This document shows positions 1 through 8,991 of a stretch of 64,000 nt of DNA, piece after piece. Under the pieces are notes generated by a model. It did no database searches and was not told where the DNA came from. It worked only from the letters and a program-made list of their open reading frames with translations. The position numbers and the translations under genes are program-made. How positions within the stretch are numbered: the stretch's first letter is position 1; every line of letters starts with the position of its first letter. This DNA is from Candidatus Cryptobacteroides sp. GTDB taxonomy: Bacteria > Bacteroidota > Bacteroidia > Bacteroidales > UBA932. Location: assembly GCA_045641985.1 (NCBI GenBank), contig JAZUHY010000033.1:33985-97984 (forward strand), in the 5' to 3' direction.

Positions 1-2
1 CA

Positions 3-1388
3 TTGAAGGTGAATGTCGCTGAAAATGATACTGAAGCCGACCGCGATTTCAAGGTTATTATCCAATCTGAAGGTTTGAAACCCATCGAACTCAGTTTCAC
101 ACAGCAGAGCCAGTTCCATATGAACATCGCTACCACCGAGTACAATGTTTCAAAGGATGGCGATGAGTTTACAATCACCGTTGATGCCAATGTCGATTTT
201 ACCGTCACAGACTATTCGGACAAATTCACCTGGCAGCACGTTGCCCCCTCAAATGACGGCAAGACTTACAAAGTCACCATCGATGCAAACACTTCCCGGA
301 CTCCTCGTCAGTCATATATCAAATTCACCTCTTCTGCTATTCAGGTGCCTGTTAACGGAGAAAGCGGTGAGCCTACAGGCGAGACGAAGGATCTTGCAAT
401 CCGTGTTTACTTCACTCAGGCAGGTCTTGCAACCCTTGTATGGCAGAAGAGCCTAACAGCATATGGAAGTGTAGCAACAGTAGGCGGTGTGCATCGTCTT
501 CTCATCAATGAAGGACAGCCTGTTCTTTCTGATGGTTCAAAAATGCATCTTCTCGATGCAAACACCGGTAATATTCTATACGCGGAAGAACTTTCAGCCG
601 ACAATGTTACAACTGACGACGCAGGCAACCTTATCTATGCCGCTGCAACTTCTTATCTCGACACACTCAATATTCATTATATTACTGCAGATGCCGAGGA
701 AGAGGGAATTCTCATCACATATAATCATAATGAAGTATATAGCACATCTCTTTCAAATATCCGCGTAAAGGGTGATATCAAAGGGGATGCTCTTGTTGTA
801 GCCTTCACCGATTTATATGTTTATGCAGTTTGCTGGGAAATCAAGGATGGTGAGGTAAAAGAGCGCGTTCTTGTTCCCCTTCCTACAATAGCCGATTGGA
901 CTAATTGGACTGGCATAGTCTGGCAGGCTTCACGTAACGGCTGCGTTGTTCCCGTCAGCACATCACTTGAAGACGGCCTTCTCTATATCGCGTATGACGG
1001 TCGCTATGTTCTTACTAAGGTGGATACTGATGGCACTGAAACGGAAATTTATTCTCCTTATGACGTTCCTGCAGAGGAAGGCGGAAACGAGAATTTCAAC
1101 TGCATTTCCACTACAATCTGGAACGGTGCGTATATGGTTGCTTTTGAGAGAGGGCAGTTCTTCTCTTATGGTAATTGTACTGACTTCTATCTTTTGGATC
1201 AGGCAAATAATACTGTCGATTATTTCGATCACAATTTGTTCGGAGTAAATACAACTTACCTCGGTACAGATGACGGCGAAAATGCTTCCAGCGATATACT
1301 GCTCTATCCAGAATCCAACGGTGACCTCTCAGTTTATGTTGTCGATGCTCTAGCTGATGTAATATACAAAGTCAAGATTGAGAAATAA
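3..1388 (+). CDS. BACON-domain surface/secreted protein with a C-terminal putative beta-propeller region (5'-truncated by the window edge)
   Basis: Open from the window start. It has BACON-like segments (..VAENDTEADRDFKVIIQ..FTQ and ..VTIDANTSRTPRQSYIKF..FTQAG) followed by about 320 aa of beta-rich sequence. AT-richer than the core genes. Confidence 0.6.
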   Translation: MKVNVAENDTEADRDFKVIIQSEGLKPIELSFTQQSQFHMNIATTEYNVSKDGDEFTITVDANVDFTVTDYSDKFTWQHVAPSNDGKTYKVTIDANTSRTPRQSYIKFTSSAIQVPVNGESGEPTGETKDLAIRVYFTQAGLATLVWQKSLTAYGSVATVGGVHRLLINEGQPVLSDGSKMHLLDANTGNILYAEELSADNVTTDDAGNLIYAAATSYLDTLNIHYITADAEEEGILITYNHNEVYSTSLSNIRVKGDIKGDALVVAFTDLYVYAVCWEIKDGEVKERVLVPLPTIADWTNWTGIVWQASRNGCVVPVSTSLEDGLLYIAYDGRYVLTKVDTDGTETEIYSPYDVPAEEGGNENFNCISTTIWNGAYMVAFERGQFFSYGNCTDFYLLDQANNTVDYFDHNLFGVNTTYLGTDDGENASSDILLYPESNGDLSVYVVDALADVIYKVKIEK

Positions 1389-1405
1389 TGTTGATTTATT
1401 CTATG

Positions 1406-1434
1406 AAAAAAGGCGGCCTGAGGGCCGCCTTTTT
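1406..1434. terminator. Bidirectional intrinsic terminator
   Basis: AAAAAA-GGCGGCC-TGAG-GGCCGCC-TTTTT just after the stop at 1388. Confidence 0.85.
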
Positions 1435-1444
1435 CAGTTCGTAT

Positions 1445-1951
1445 CTTTTCATTGACAATCCCGCCTCCGGTCACGACGGTTGTAAAGTTCAACAACTTCC
1501 TCGGACGGCTATGTTTCATAGGAATCCGGACATTCTATAAGATGTTGGTTAAGAGCATATTCTTTGATTCGGAGGGCATCGGAGAGCTGCGGCATATGTT
1601 CAATGACAAGAAGCTCGAAAGTGTTGCCTGCCCACGTATAGAACGGTTTGCTTCTCTGTACAGAGCGCCACGAAGCGAACTCCGGATTTTCGCAGAAACG
1701 CAGGTAAAACAGCGTAAAGAAGTCCATAAGTTGGTAGATGGTCTTTTTGCGCTGGCCACCATAGAGGGTATAACTGCGTATAATGCTGGAGTCTATGAGG
1801 TTTTCCAGGACATCGGAGAAGTTGCCACCGCCTTGAACTCTTGTCTGGCTTTATCCTTGTTGAAATAAATGGTGTTGATGTTGTCAGCCATAGTCCTGTC
1901 CGGCCTGAAACGGTCCATATAGTAAGGTACACCGCCAATTTTTACAAACTT
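1445..1951 (-). pseudogene. Relic of a Bacteroidales AAA-family ATPase (COG1672/archaeal-ATPase-like), C-terminal half only
   Basis: Three minus-strand frames give successive family-like pieces: GGVPYY..NINTIYF..EF, then GGNFSDVLENL..IYQLMDFFTLFYLRF..W.GNTFE..HMPQLSDALRI, then KLLNFTTVVTGGGIVN. No Walker A region is present. Family recognised from memory. Confidence 0.6.
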
Positions 1952-2028
1952 GTCGGCGGTCCGGGTTAGAGTATGGTTTGTAAAAAACACAGTATTATCC
2001 TGCTCTTGCGAAGGACAGGTGAAATTAG

Positions 2029-2036
2029 TAGTTTTG
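2029..2036 (+). promoter_or_regulatory. Bacteroidetes -7 promoter box (TAGTTTTG)
   Basis: Matches TAnnTTTG and ends 5 nt before the ATG at 2042. Confidence 0.6.
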
Positions 2037-2041
2037 CCTGT

Positions 2042-3637
2042 ATGAAAAGATGGTTCGGATTATTTGCCTTGGCCGTGGCAATATCCTGCAGCTCACAGGA
2101 TAATAAATACTACGACGTCATAGTTGCCGGAGGCGGTGCGTCGGGCGTGTGCGCCGGCATACAGGCGGCGCGGAGCGGGGCGGAAACACTGATTCTGGAA
2201 GAAGGGCCCTGGCTGGGCGGTATGCTGACATCGGCCGGAGTGAGCGCCATAGACGGGAACTTTAATCTGCGTGACGGCCTTTTCGGCGAGTTCTGCGATT
2301 CCCTTGCGGCAAGGTATGGTGGCTATGAAGCCCTCAGGACGGGGTGGGTGAGCAACATCCTCTTTCAGCCTCACGTAGGGGTTGAGGTGTTGGACAATAT
2401 GGCCTCCGGCGAGCCCGGGCTGACCGTCAGAAAAAATACAGGTATCCGCTGTGTCGAAAAGTTGAAATGCGGATGGAAGGTCATTACGGACGGAGGCTCG
2501 TACCTCTGCCAGGTGCTCATTGACTGCACCGAACTGGGTGACGTGGCCCGGATGTGCGGAGCGAAGTACAGCATAGGCAACGCCGACGGCATAATCCAGG
2601 ATCTGACCTATGTGGTGACCATAAGGGATTACGGCCCGGATGCCGACAGGACCATACCCGAACCTGAAGGATATGACGAGGCTCTCTATTCCAACTGCTG
2701 CCTCAATCCCTGCAACGTTCTTCCATTTGAAAAGGGACAGACCCTCTGGAGCCCCGAAATGATGCTCAGTTACGGCCGTCTGCCTGGCGGTGACATAATG
2801 CTCAACTGGCCCATCGAGGGTAATGACTTCTATGCCAATATTATTGATGCTACCCCAGAAGAAAGGTCCGAGGCAATCAGGCAGGCCAAGAACAAGGCCC
2901 TCGGTTATCTCTATTTCATCCAGACCGTTTTAGGCTTCAAAAATTACGGCATAGCGGAAGGGGAGTATCCCACTGATGACGGACTGCCGCTGATTCCGTA
3001 TTACAGGGAAAGCCGGCGCATAGAAGGCGAGGCACGTTTCACTTTCGAGGCGGCGTCTGCCCCTTATGACTGTCCGGAGCCGCTCTATCGCACAGGAGTC
3101 GCTGTTGGGGATTATCCGGTGGACCATCACCATTATGCCCATTCTGAATGGAAAATTCTACACAAATCCTATTCTCCCATACCCTCGTTCACCGTCCCTG
3201 CGGGCGCTATGATACCCATTGGAGTCGAGGACCTTATCGTTGCGGAGAAGTCAATATGTACGGATTGCATAGTCAATGGCACCACCCGTCTGCAGCCCGT
3301 GGTTATGGAACTGGGGCAGGCGGCGGGAGTAATGGCCGCAATGGCTGTCCGGCAGGGTTGCCGGGTGCGTGACCTGAGTGTGAGGGAGATACAGAGCGAG
3401 CTCCTGAATGCCGGAGCGAGGATACAACCGTATCTTGACCTGAAAGCCTCCGATTCTGATTTCAAGGCTCTGCAGAGATCCGGATCAATGGGACATTTCC
3501 GAGCAGAAGGCCGTTTCGAAAATTGGCGGGGCGAGTCCTGGCTTCTTTCGGGTCACCCCGAGCGTCTCGACTCCATCCGTCTGACCGACAATCCCGCCGT
3601 CTTTTCCGCTCAGCCTATAAGTTGGCGGGGGAACTGA
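2042..3637 (+). CDS. FAD-dependent oxidoreductase (FAD_oxidored type), predicted lipoprotein
   Basis: Start taken at MKRWF with a lipobox-like VAISC. Rossmann motif DVIVAGGGASG, EEGPWLGGMLTS, and a C-terminal TRLQPVVMELGQAAG. Confidence 0.85.
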   Translation: MKRWFGLFALAVAISCSSQDNKYYDVIVAGGGASGVCAGIQAARSGAETLILEEGPWLGGMLTSAGVSAIDGNFNLRDGLFGEFCDSLAARYGGYEALRTGWVSNILFQPHVGVEVLDNMASGEPGLTVRKNTGIRCVEKLKCGWKVITDGGSYLCQVLIDCTELGDVARMCGAKYSIGNADGIIQDLTYVVTIRDYGPDADRTIPEPEGYDEALYSNCCLNPCNVLPFEKGQTLWSPEMMLSYGRLPGGDIMLNWPIEGNDFYANIIDATPEERSEAIRQAKNKALGYLYFIQTVLGFKNYGIAEGEYPTDDGLPLIPYYRESRRIEGEARFTFEAASAPYDCPEPLYRTGVAVGDYPVDHHHYAHSEWKILHKSYSPIPSFTVPAGAMIPIGVEDLIVAEKSICTDCIVNGTTRLQPVVMELGQAAGVMAAMAVRQGCRVRDLSVREIQSELLNAGARIQPYLDLKASDSDFKALQRSGSMGHFRAEGRFENWRGESWLLSGHPERLDSIRLTDNPAVFSAQPISWRGN

Positions 3638-5087
3638 GGCGATTCGGCTCAAGTTTTTCTACATAGACTCTGCCGAATCGGTCGGTCACGCGGACCTCGG
3701 GATCCTCTGCCGAGGGATTATATCTGCAGCGGAAGAGATTCGGAGAAGGGAAATATGCCAGCCAGGAAATCTTGTAGATACTTATATCAGTGAAAATCTC
3801 CTTGGCGTGGGGGTCCGTGCCGACAAAATTTTCCATATCGCAGACCTTGCGGCCGTTCTCCCAATACTCCACTTCCCACTTCTCGTCCTGATCCCAGACG
3901 TGGGCTATGATTTCACCGGGATAGTCCGGATGGTCGGTATAGACCTTCATCTGGCAGTCGGCCGGAAGGTTGTCGCCCTTGTAATACCAGCTCAGCTTCC
4001 TGCCGTCGCGGTCGAATACTTTGAACCCCGGAGGACATCCGTCAATGCATACATCCCCGCACCACCAGGCACCGCACAGACCGCCGATGTTGTGCTCCAC
4101 GATATTGTGGCTTATCGTTACATTGGAGTTGGTGTGCATATGGCCTGTAAGTATCGTGGTGTGATAGGGTTCCAGTATCTTGTACAGGGCCGTATTGTTG
4201 CACAGCAGGTCCGCGATGTCGGGATATGAGAAATCCTTTGTCGCAACCTTGTAAAGGGTAGTGGGAATGTGCATACAGACTACAAGTTCCGAACCCTTCT
4301 TCACGTTGGCAAGGTCTTTTTCCAGCCAGGAAAGCTGTCTTTCGTCGAGATAGCCGATGTAATACCAGTCCTTTCCCACAAAGAAATTGTCGTTCAGCAC
4401 CACGTAATGGACCTCTCCCACATTGAAACTGTAGTAAGTGGGGCCGAAGGTATTTTCGTAATCGGTGTGCGAAGTCTCGGAACTCCGCCCCCAGTTTGTC
4501 ATATCGTGATTGCCTATCACGTTGCGCCACAATATGTTGCCGCGCTCGAAAATTCTGTTGATGCGTGGATAGAGGCTGTGGTTCCATCCCACCATATCAC
4601 CCAGGTTGATGCCGAAGCACCAGCAATCCTTGATTCCGTCCGTCACGCCTCTGATATCCTCCAGACGCCCTTTCAGAGGTTCAAGGTCTTCCGGGTCGGA
4701 AATCTGCGGATCGGCCACGACTATCACCTTGTGGCGCTTGTCGTCGAAACGGTTGCGCGTGAGCGTGAAATCATATGTCTTTTTGGAGGAACCGGTGTTT
4801 TTTCCGTCAATCATTTTGTAGAAGCAGTCATCTCCTCCCATAGTCGTGGAGACGTAGCCCGCCGGAGTGGTGATGAACACAAAACGCCCCGAGTTCTCGC
4901 TGTAGGGGAGAGAATAATGCCCCTTGCTGTCAGTCAGGACAATGTTGACCCCGTCAGACACGGCTACTCCTTTCACTCCCTTGTCACCGCAACTTACGTT
5001 GCCTTCCAGTCCGAGGCAAACTTCTTCCGCCGGCATATTGCCTACAGACATTACGCACGCCAGCGCTACTGCAATAAATGTTTTCAT
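3615..5087 (-). CDS. Secreted calcineurin-like metallophosphoesterase with N- and C-terminal accessory domains
   Basis: Signal peptide plus motifs ADPQ, LGDMV, GNHD, CMHIP, GHMH. Confidence 0.9.
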   Translation of the reverse strand: MKTFIAVALACVMSVGNMPAEEVCLGLEGNVSCGDKGVKGVAVSDGVNIVLTDSKGHYSLPYSENSGRFVFITTPAGYVSTTMGGDDCFYKMIDGKNTGSSKKTYDFTLTRNRFDDKRHKVIVVADPQISDPEDLEPLKGRLEDIRGVTDGIKDCWCFGINLGDMVGWNHSLYPRINRIFERGNILWRNVIGNHDMTNWGRSSETSHTDYENTFGPTYYSFNVGEVHYVVLNDNFFVGKDWYYIGYLDERQLSWLEKDLANVKKGSELVVCMHIPTTLYKVATKDFSYPDIADLLCNNTALYKILEPYHTTILTGHMHTNSNVTISHNIVEHNIGGLCGAWWCGDVCIDGCPPGFKVFDRDGRKLSWYYKGDNLPADCQMKVYTDHPDYPGEIIAHVWDQDEKWEVEYWENGRKVCDMENFVGTDPHAKEIFTDISIYKISWLAYFPSPNLFRCRYNPSAEDPEVRVTDRFGRVYVEKLEPNRLSSPANL

Positions 5088-5123
5088 TATATCCTGTTCA
5101 TTACGCGAGTCACTCGCGTGTGT

Positions 5124-6494
5124 TCAACTTCTCCAGAACAAGCGCATTCTGGTGCACAAAGTTGTCGCAAAATACATCAGTGCGGTAATTGTCAAACCCC
5201 TGACAATACCCCAGAACGGCGAACCGGCGCAAAGACGGTCGATGTGGCCGAGCAGGCCGCAGCCATACAGCAGCGGGCATATCACAAACCAGCATACGGT
5301 GTATGCTATCATAGGATTCTGGCCTGAAGCGGCCAAAAAGCCTCCCTTCCATCCCTTGTTTTCGAGGTAAAGCAGGAAATATGTGACGATGCAGGACATT
5401 CCTCCGGTAGTGAGCAGGTAGGACAGGTTGCAATGGTCCTTAGCTATCCCTCCATCGGGGAAATCGAACAGAATGCCGGCAATCAGCATAACGAAGCCCA
5501 GGGTTGCCACCGGCAGATTCCTGATATTCCTGTTAACGTTCAGGACAAAGAATATTGCGGTCAGAGACAGTGTGATGCACAGGTCACAGACCGTCTGCCT
5601 GCAATACAGGCCCCACAATTGGACAGCCGCCGCCGCGAGGGCCACAGCCGCAGCCCATCCTTCTTGCCCCGAACGGGACAGCGCTGATGACCTTTTGAGG
5701 CTGGTTTCCAGCAGTATGTCTCCCACGAGGGAGGCGGGGATGATGAGTATCATATACTGCAGGAATCCCCAATTGAACACCCAGTTGAGCCATTCGGGGA
5801 TTTGGGGCAGGGCAATCAATGAAGTGTACGAAAGTATGGCCTTCAGACCTATGGCAATCAGCCATACACTCGTGCGCATCAGTGTGCTGTTGCGGGTGAA
5901 CAGCCAGATGAATCCGCCCCAGAAGGCCACCGTGGCCAGAATCATAATGATGATGTCGTTGTCGTGCAGGCTCATCGGCACCTTGAATATGAAGGCCTCC
6001 GCGGCCATCAGCGCCGCCACGAGGACATAGCCTGCCACGTTGACCGTCCGCTTGTCTGTCCTTACCAGGCTGAGAAACATTCCCGTCCAGAGCAGGATGG
6101 AGAAGCCTCCCTTGACGATATCGGAACCCTGCCATTTGTAGATGCCGCCGGCATTGCCTATGACGAGGGAGAAGAGCACAAGCGTTACCCATCTGCGCAG
6201 CAGGAAAAGCAGGATGTCCGAATTGCCCTTGCCGCTGTCGAGACGCCTGCTGATGGCGAAGGGGAAGGCCGCCCCCATACTGAAGAGGAAGAAGGGGAAC
6301 ACAAGGTCCACCCAGGTGATACCTCTGATTTCGGGATGGAAAACATAATCCGGAGGAGGAACCTGACAATGGAACATCCACGCCGGAAGACCGCTGTTCG
6401 AGGCGATTGCCGCGCAGAGTATCATCATACCCATTGTGAATCCTCTCAGTGCATCGATGGAAATGATGCGCCTGTTATTGCTGCCTGCTGACAT
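5124..6494 (-). CDS. DUF5009 membrane protein (HGSNAT-like putative acyltransferase)
   Basis: Polytopic. SIDALRGF and GITWVDLVFPFFLFSMG motifs of the HGSNAT-related family. Confidence 0.8.
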   Translation of the reverse strand: MSAGSNNRRIISIDALRGFTMGMMILCAAIASNSGLPAWMFHCQVPPPDYVFHPEIRGITWVDLVFPFFLFSMGAAFPFAISRRLDSGKGNSDILLFLLRRWVTLVLFSLVIGNAGGIYKWQGSDIVKGGFSILLWTGMFLSLVRTDKRTVNVAGYVLVAALMAAEAFIFKVPMSLHDNDIIIMILATVAFWGGFIWLFTRNSTLMRTSVWLIAIGLKAILSYTSLIALPQIPEWLNWVFNWGFLQYMILIIPASLVGDILLETSLKRSSALSRSGQEGWAAAVALAAAAVQLWGLYCRQTVCDLCITLSLTAIFFVLNVNRNIRNLPVATLGFVMLIAGILFDFPDGGIAKDHCNLSYLLTTGGMSCIVTYFLLYLENKGWKGGFLAASGQNPMIAYTVCWFVICPLLYGCGLLGHIDRLCAGSPFWGIVRGLTITALMYFATTLCTRMRLFWRS

Positions 6495-7867
6495 TACTTT
6501 TTCCAGTATTCTTCGATTTCCTCAAGTGTCTTGCCTGTGGTTTCGGGCACAAGTTTCCACATAATCAGCATATACGGTACGCACATCACTGCGAACAGGA
6601 AGAAGGTCCCGGCAGGGGAGAGGGTAGCCATACACCAGGGCGTGAACTGGCCGATGAGATAGGTCCCGACCCATAGCACGAGGCCTGCGATGCTCATCGC
6701 GAGCCCGCGCACCCTGTTGGGATACATCTCGCTCAGCAGCACGAACACCACGGCACTTATGCTGATTGCCTGGCAGAAAATGTACAGAAGGAAGAAAACG
6801 AGCAGAACCGTGCCGGCTCCTTCCGTAGCGAATATGATGCCTATGGCGATAAGGCAGAGTATCATTCCGCTGACGCCGAAATAGATGAGTTTCTTGCGGC
6901 CCACCTTGTCGATGATAAATACGGCGAGTACGGTGGTCAGCATATTCACAAGCCCTACAAGCACAGTGGAGAAGGATGAGTCCTCAGCCGCAAGGCCTGC
7001 GTCGGCGAAAATGTCGGGACCATAGTATATTACAGCATTGACGCCCATAAACTGTCCGAGTATGGCGATGGCCGAACCAATCAGCACGGCGCGTATGATT
7101 CCTTTCTCTGTCAGGGCCTTCCATTCGGATTTCACCTCTCCGGCAATGGATTCCCTGGTCCTGAGGCATTCTTCCTCTGCACCTTCGGCAGTGGCTTTCA
7201 GTCTGCGGAAAATACTCATTGCCTTTTCGTTCTGCCCCTTGACTATCAACCATTTGGGGCTCTCCGGGATAAAGAAGACAATGAAGAAGAACAGCAGGGT
7301 GATGACGGCCTCGCTGCCGAGCATTCCGCGCCACAATTCATCGCTGAGCACCCATTTGAAGAAACCGCCGAACTGCACAGTGCCGGAGTTCTTGAGTATG
7401 ATGAAGTTGATGAGATAGGCCAGAACAATGCCCAGAGTCACGGCAAACTGGTAAAGCGACACCATCGTGCCCCTGATTTTCGCCGGAGACACTTCCGAAA
7501 TGTAGATGGGGGAGACTATGCTCACAATACCTATTCCTATGCCGCCTATGATGCGGTAAATCACAAGGTCGGTCATACCTATGCACAGGCAGCATCCTAT
7601 TGCTGAAACGCTGAACAGCACGGCTGCAATCAACATTGATTTCTTCCTTCCCAGAAAATCGCTGAGCATACCGGCAATCGCGGCTCCGAAGATGGTTCCC
7701 ACAAGGGCGCACCCCACGTACCAGCCCTTGGCCATCTCGTCCAGACCGAACTGGGCGCTCACCTGGGCCGTGGTGCCGGATATGACAGCCGTGTCATAGC
7801 CGAACAGTATTCCTCCCAGTGCGGCTACGAACGAGAGGAACAATACATACGGGAAATTGTCTTTCAT
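6494..7867 (-). CDS. MFS sugar porter (XylE/GalP-like)
   Basis: GGILFGYDTAVISG, DFLGRK, YISEVSPAKIRG, PESPKWL, PETTGKTLEEI. Confidence 0.95.
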   Translation of the reverse strand: MKDNFPYVLFLSFVAALGGILFGYDTAVISGTTAQVSAQFGLDEMAKGWYVGCALVGTIFGAAIAGMLSDFLGRKKSMLIAAVLFSVSAIGCCLCIGMTDLVIYRIIGGIGIGIVSIVSPIYISEVSPAKIRGTMVSLYQFAVTLGIVLAYLINFIILKNSGTVQFGGFFKWVLSDELWRGMLGSEAVITLLFFFIVFFIPESPKWLIVKGQNEKAMSIFRRLKATAEGAEEECLRTRESIAGEVKSEWKALTEKGIIRAVLIGSAIAILGQFMGVNAVIYYGPDIFADAGLAAEDSSFSTVLVGLVNMLTTVLAVFIIDKVGRKKLIYFGVSGMILCLIAIGIIFATEGAGTVLLVFFLLYIFCQAISISAVVFVLLSEMYPNRVRGLAMSIAGLVLWVGTYLIGQFTPWCMATLSPAGTFFLFAVMCVPYMLIMWKLVPETTGKTLEEIEEYWKK

Positions 7868-7872
7868 AGCCG

Positions 7873-8973
7873 TTATCTGATATTGAAGTAGTCCTTGTAT
7901 CTGTCATAGAGATGTCCGGCCTGCAGATATGCGCTCTGTGGACTCATAAAGTGACTGAACTCGAAGGTGATGGCCTTGTCGTAGCCGCAGCGCTTGGCGG
8001 CCTCGAGCTTCATTCGGAGCTTGTCGAACTTGATGGGCAGGAAGTTGATGGGCATATCGCGGTCGAAGCTTTCGGCATTGGTCCAGCACTGCATTCCGTA
8101 GCGGTCCGCCAACTTCTTGTTGACGCTGAAGAAAGCGTCCAGTTCGTCATAATCTATGTGGCCGTCCTGGAATGCGCAGGCATCCACCACGTCGTGTATG
8201 CCGTCGAAAATCTCGTTCCATTCCTCTTCGTGCTTCTGCACGGAAACACCTTTCTTGCTCTTGAGAGATGTACCCATAATGGCTTTCTTGCCGTCTATCC
8301 AGGGGGATATGAATGTGGGCAGCCCGCCGGAAACATCCTTGCACATACGCCCCATCTCGTGGAACGCGCCTATCGCCCCCTTGGTGTTGCGGCTTATCTC
8401 GGTGCTGATATACCAGCCCTGGAAACTCTTGTGGTGGCCGTAAGCCTGCCATACTTCATCGATGACGAATTTGTTGTACTCCAGTTCCCAACTCATATCG
8501 CGTGTGTCCCAGTAGTGGCCGGTGTCATACAGGCCGAAATAGAATTTCATCCCGTATTTGTCGGCCAGCGAGAGGAAAAGTTCCACAAGGTCTATGGAAG
8601 GCATATAGCACCCCTTCTTCAGAAGGAACCGGCTGGGCCAGGTGATGAACTTGCGGTAGCCGCTGCGTATCATTATGACCGTGTCTATGCCTATGGCCTT
8701 CATATTCTGGAAATCCCTGTCCCATTCCACAGGACCCCAGTTCTGGTGGGGGATGTCGTGGGATATCTCATCGAGGAATGTTCCGGTGATGCGGAGTCCC
8801 GCTTCTTTAGGAACTATCAGGTAAGAGCCGTCCTCACTTGTCGGAAATCCGGGTTCGGCTATATCCTTGTCGGCAACTGCGCCTCTGCGCCTGCAGCTCT
8901 CCACAAAGGGAGTGACAGCCATTGCGGCAGTAGCTGCCGCCGCTGTTTTCAAGAATGTTCTTCGATCTGTCAT
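7873..8973 (-). CDS. DUF4434 protein (glycoside-hydrolase-like TIM barrel) with a Tat-type signal
   Basis: RRTFLK twin-arginine signal with a downstream Cys. ITGTFLDEISHDIPHQNWG, WYISTE and WTNAESF are typical of DUF4434. Confidence 0.8.
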   Translation of the reverse strand: MTDRRTFLKTAAAATAAMAVTPFVESCRRRGAVADKDIAEPGFPTSEDGSYLIVPKEAGLRITGTFLDEISHDIPHQNWGPVEWDRDFQNMKAIGIDTVIMIRSGYRKFITWPSRFLLKKGCYMPSIDLVELFLSLADKYGMKFYFGLYDTGHYWDTRDMSWELEYNKFVIDEVWQAYGHHKSFQGWYISTEISRNTKGAIGAFHEMGRMCKDVSGGLPTFISPWIDGKKAIMGTSLKSKKGVSVQKHEEEWNEIFDGIHDVVDACAFQDGHIDYDELDAFFSVNKKLADRYGMQCWTNAESFDRDMPINFLPIKFDKLRMKLEAAKRCGYDKAITFEFSHFMSPQSAYLQAGHLYDRYKDYFNIR

Positions 8974-8991
8974 ATTGCGTGTGCTCTTTGG

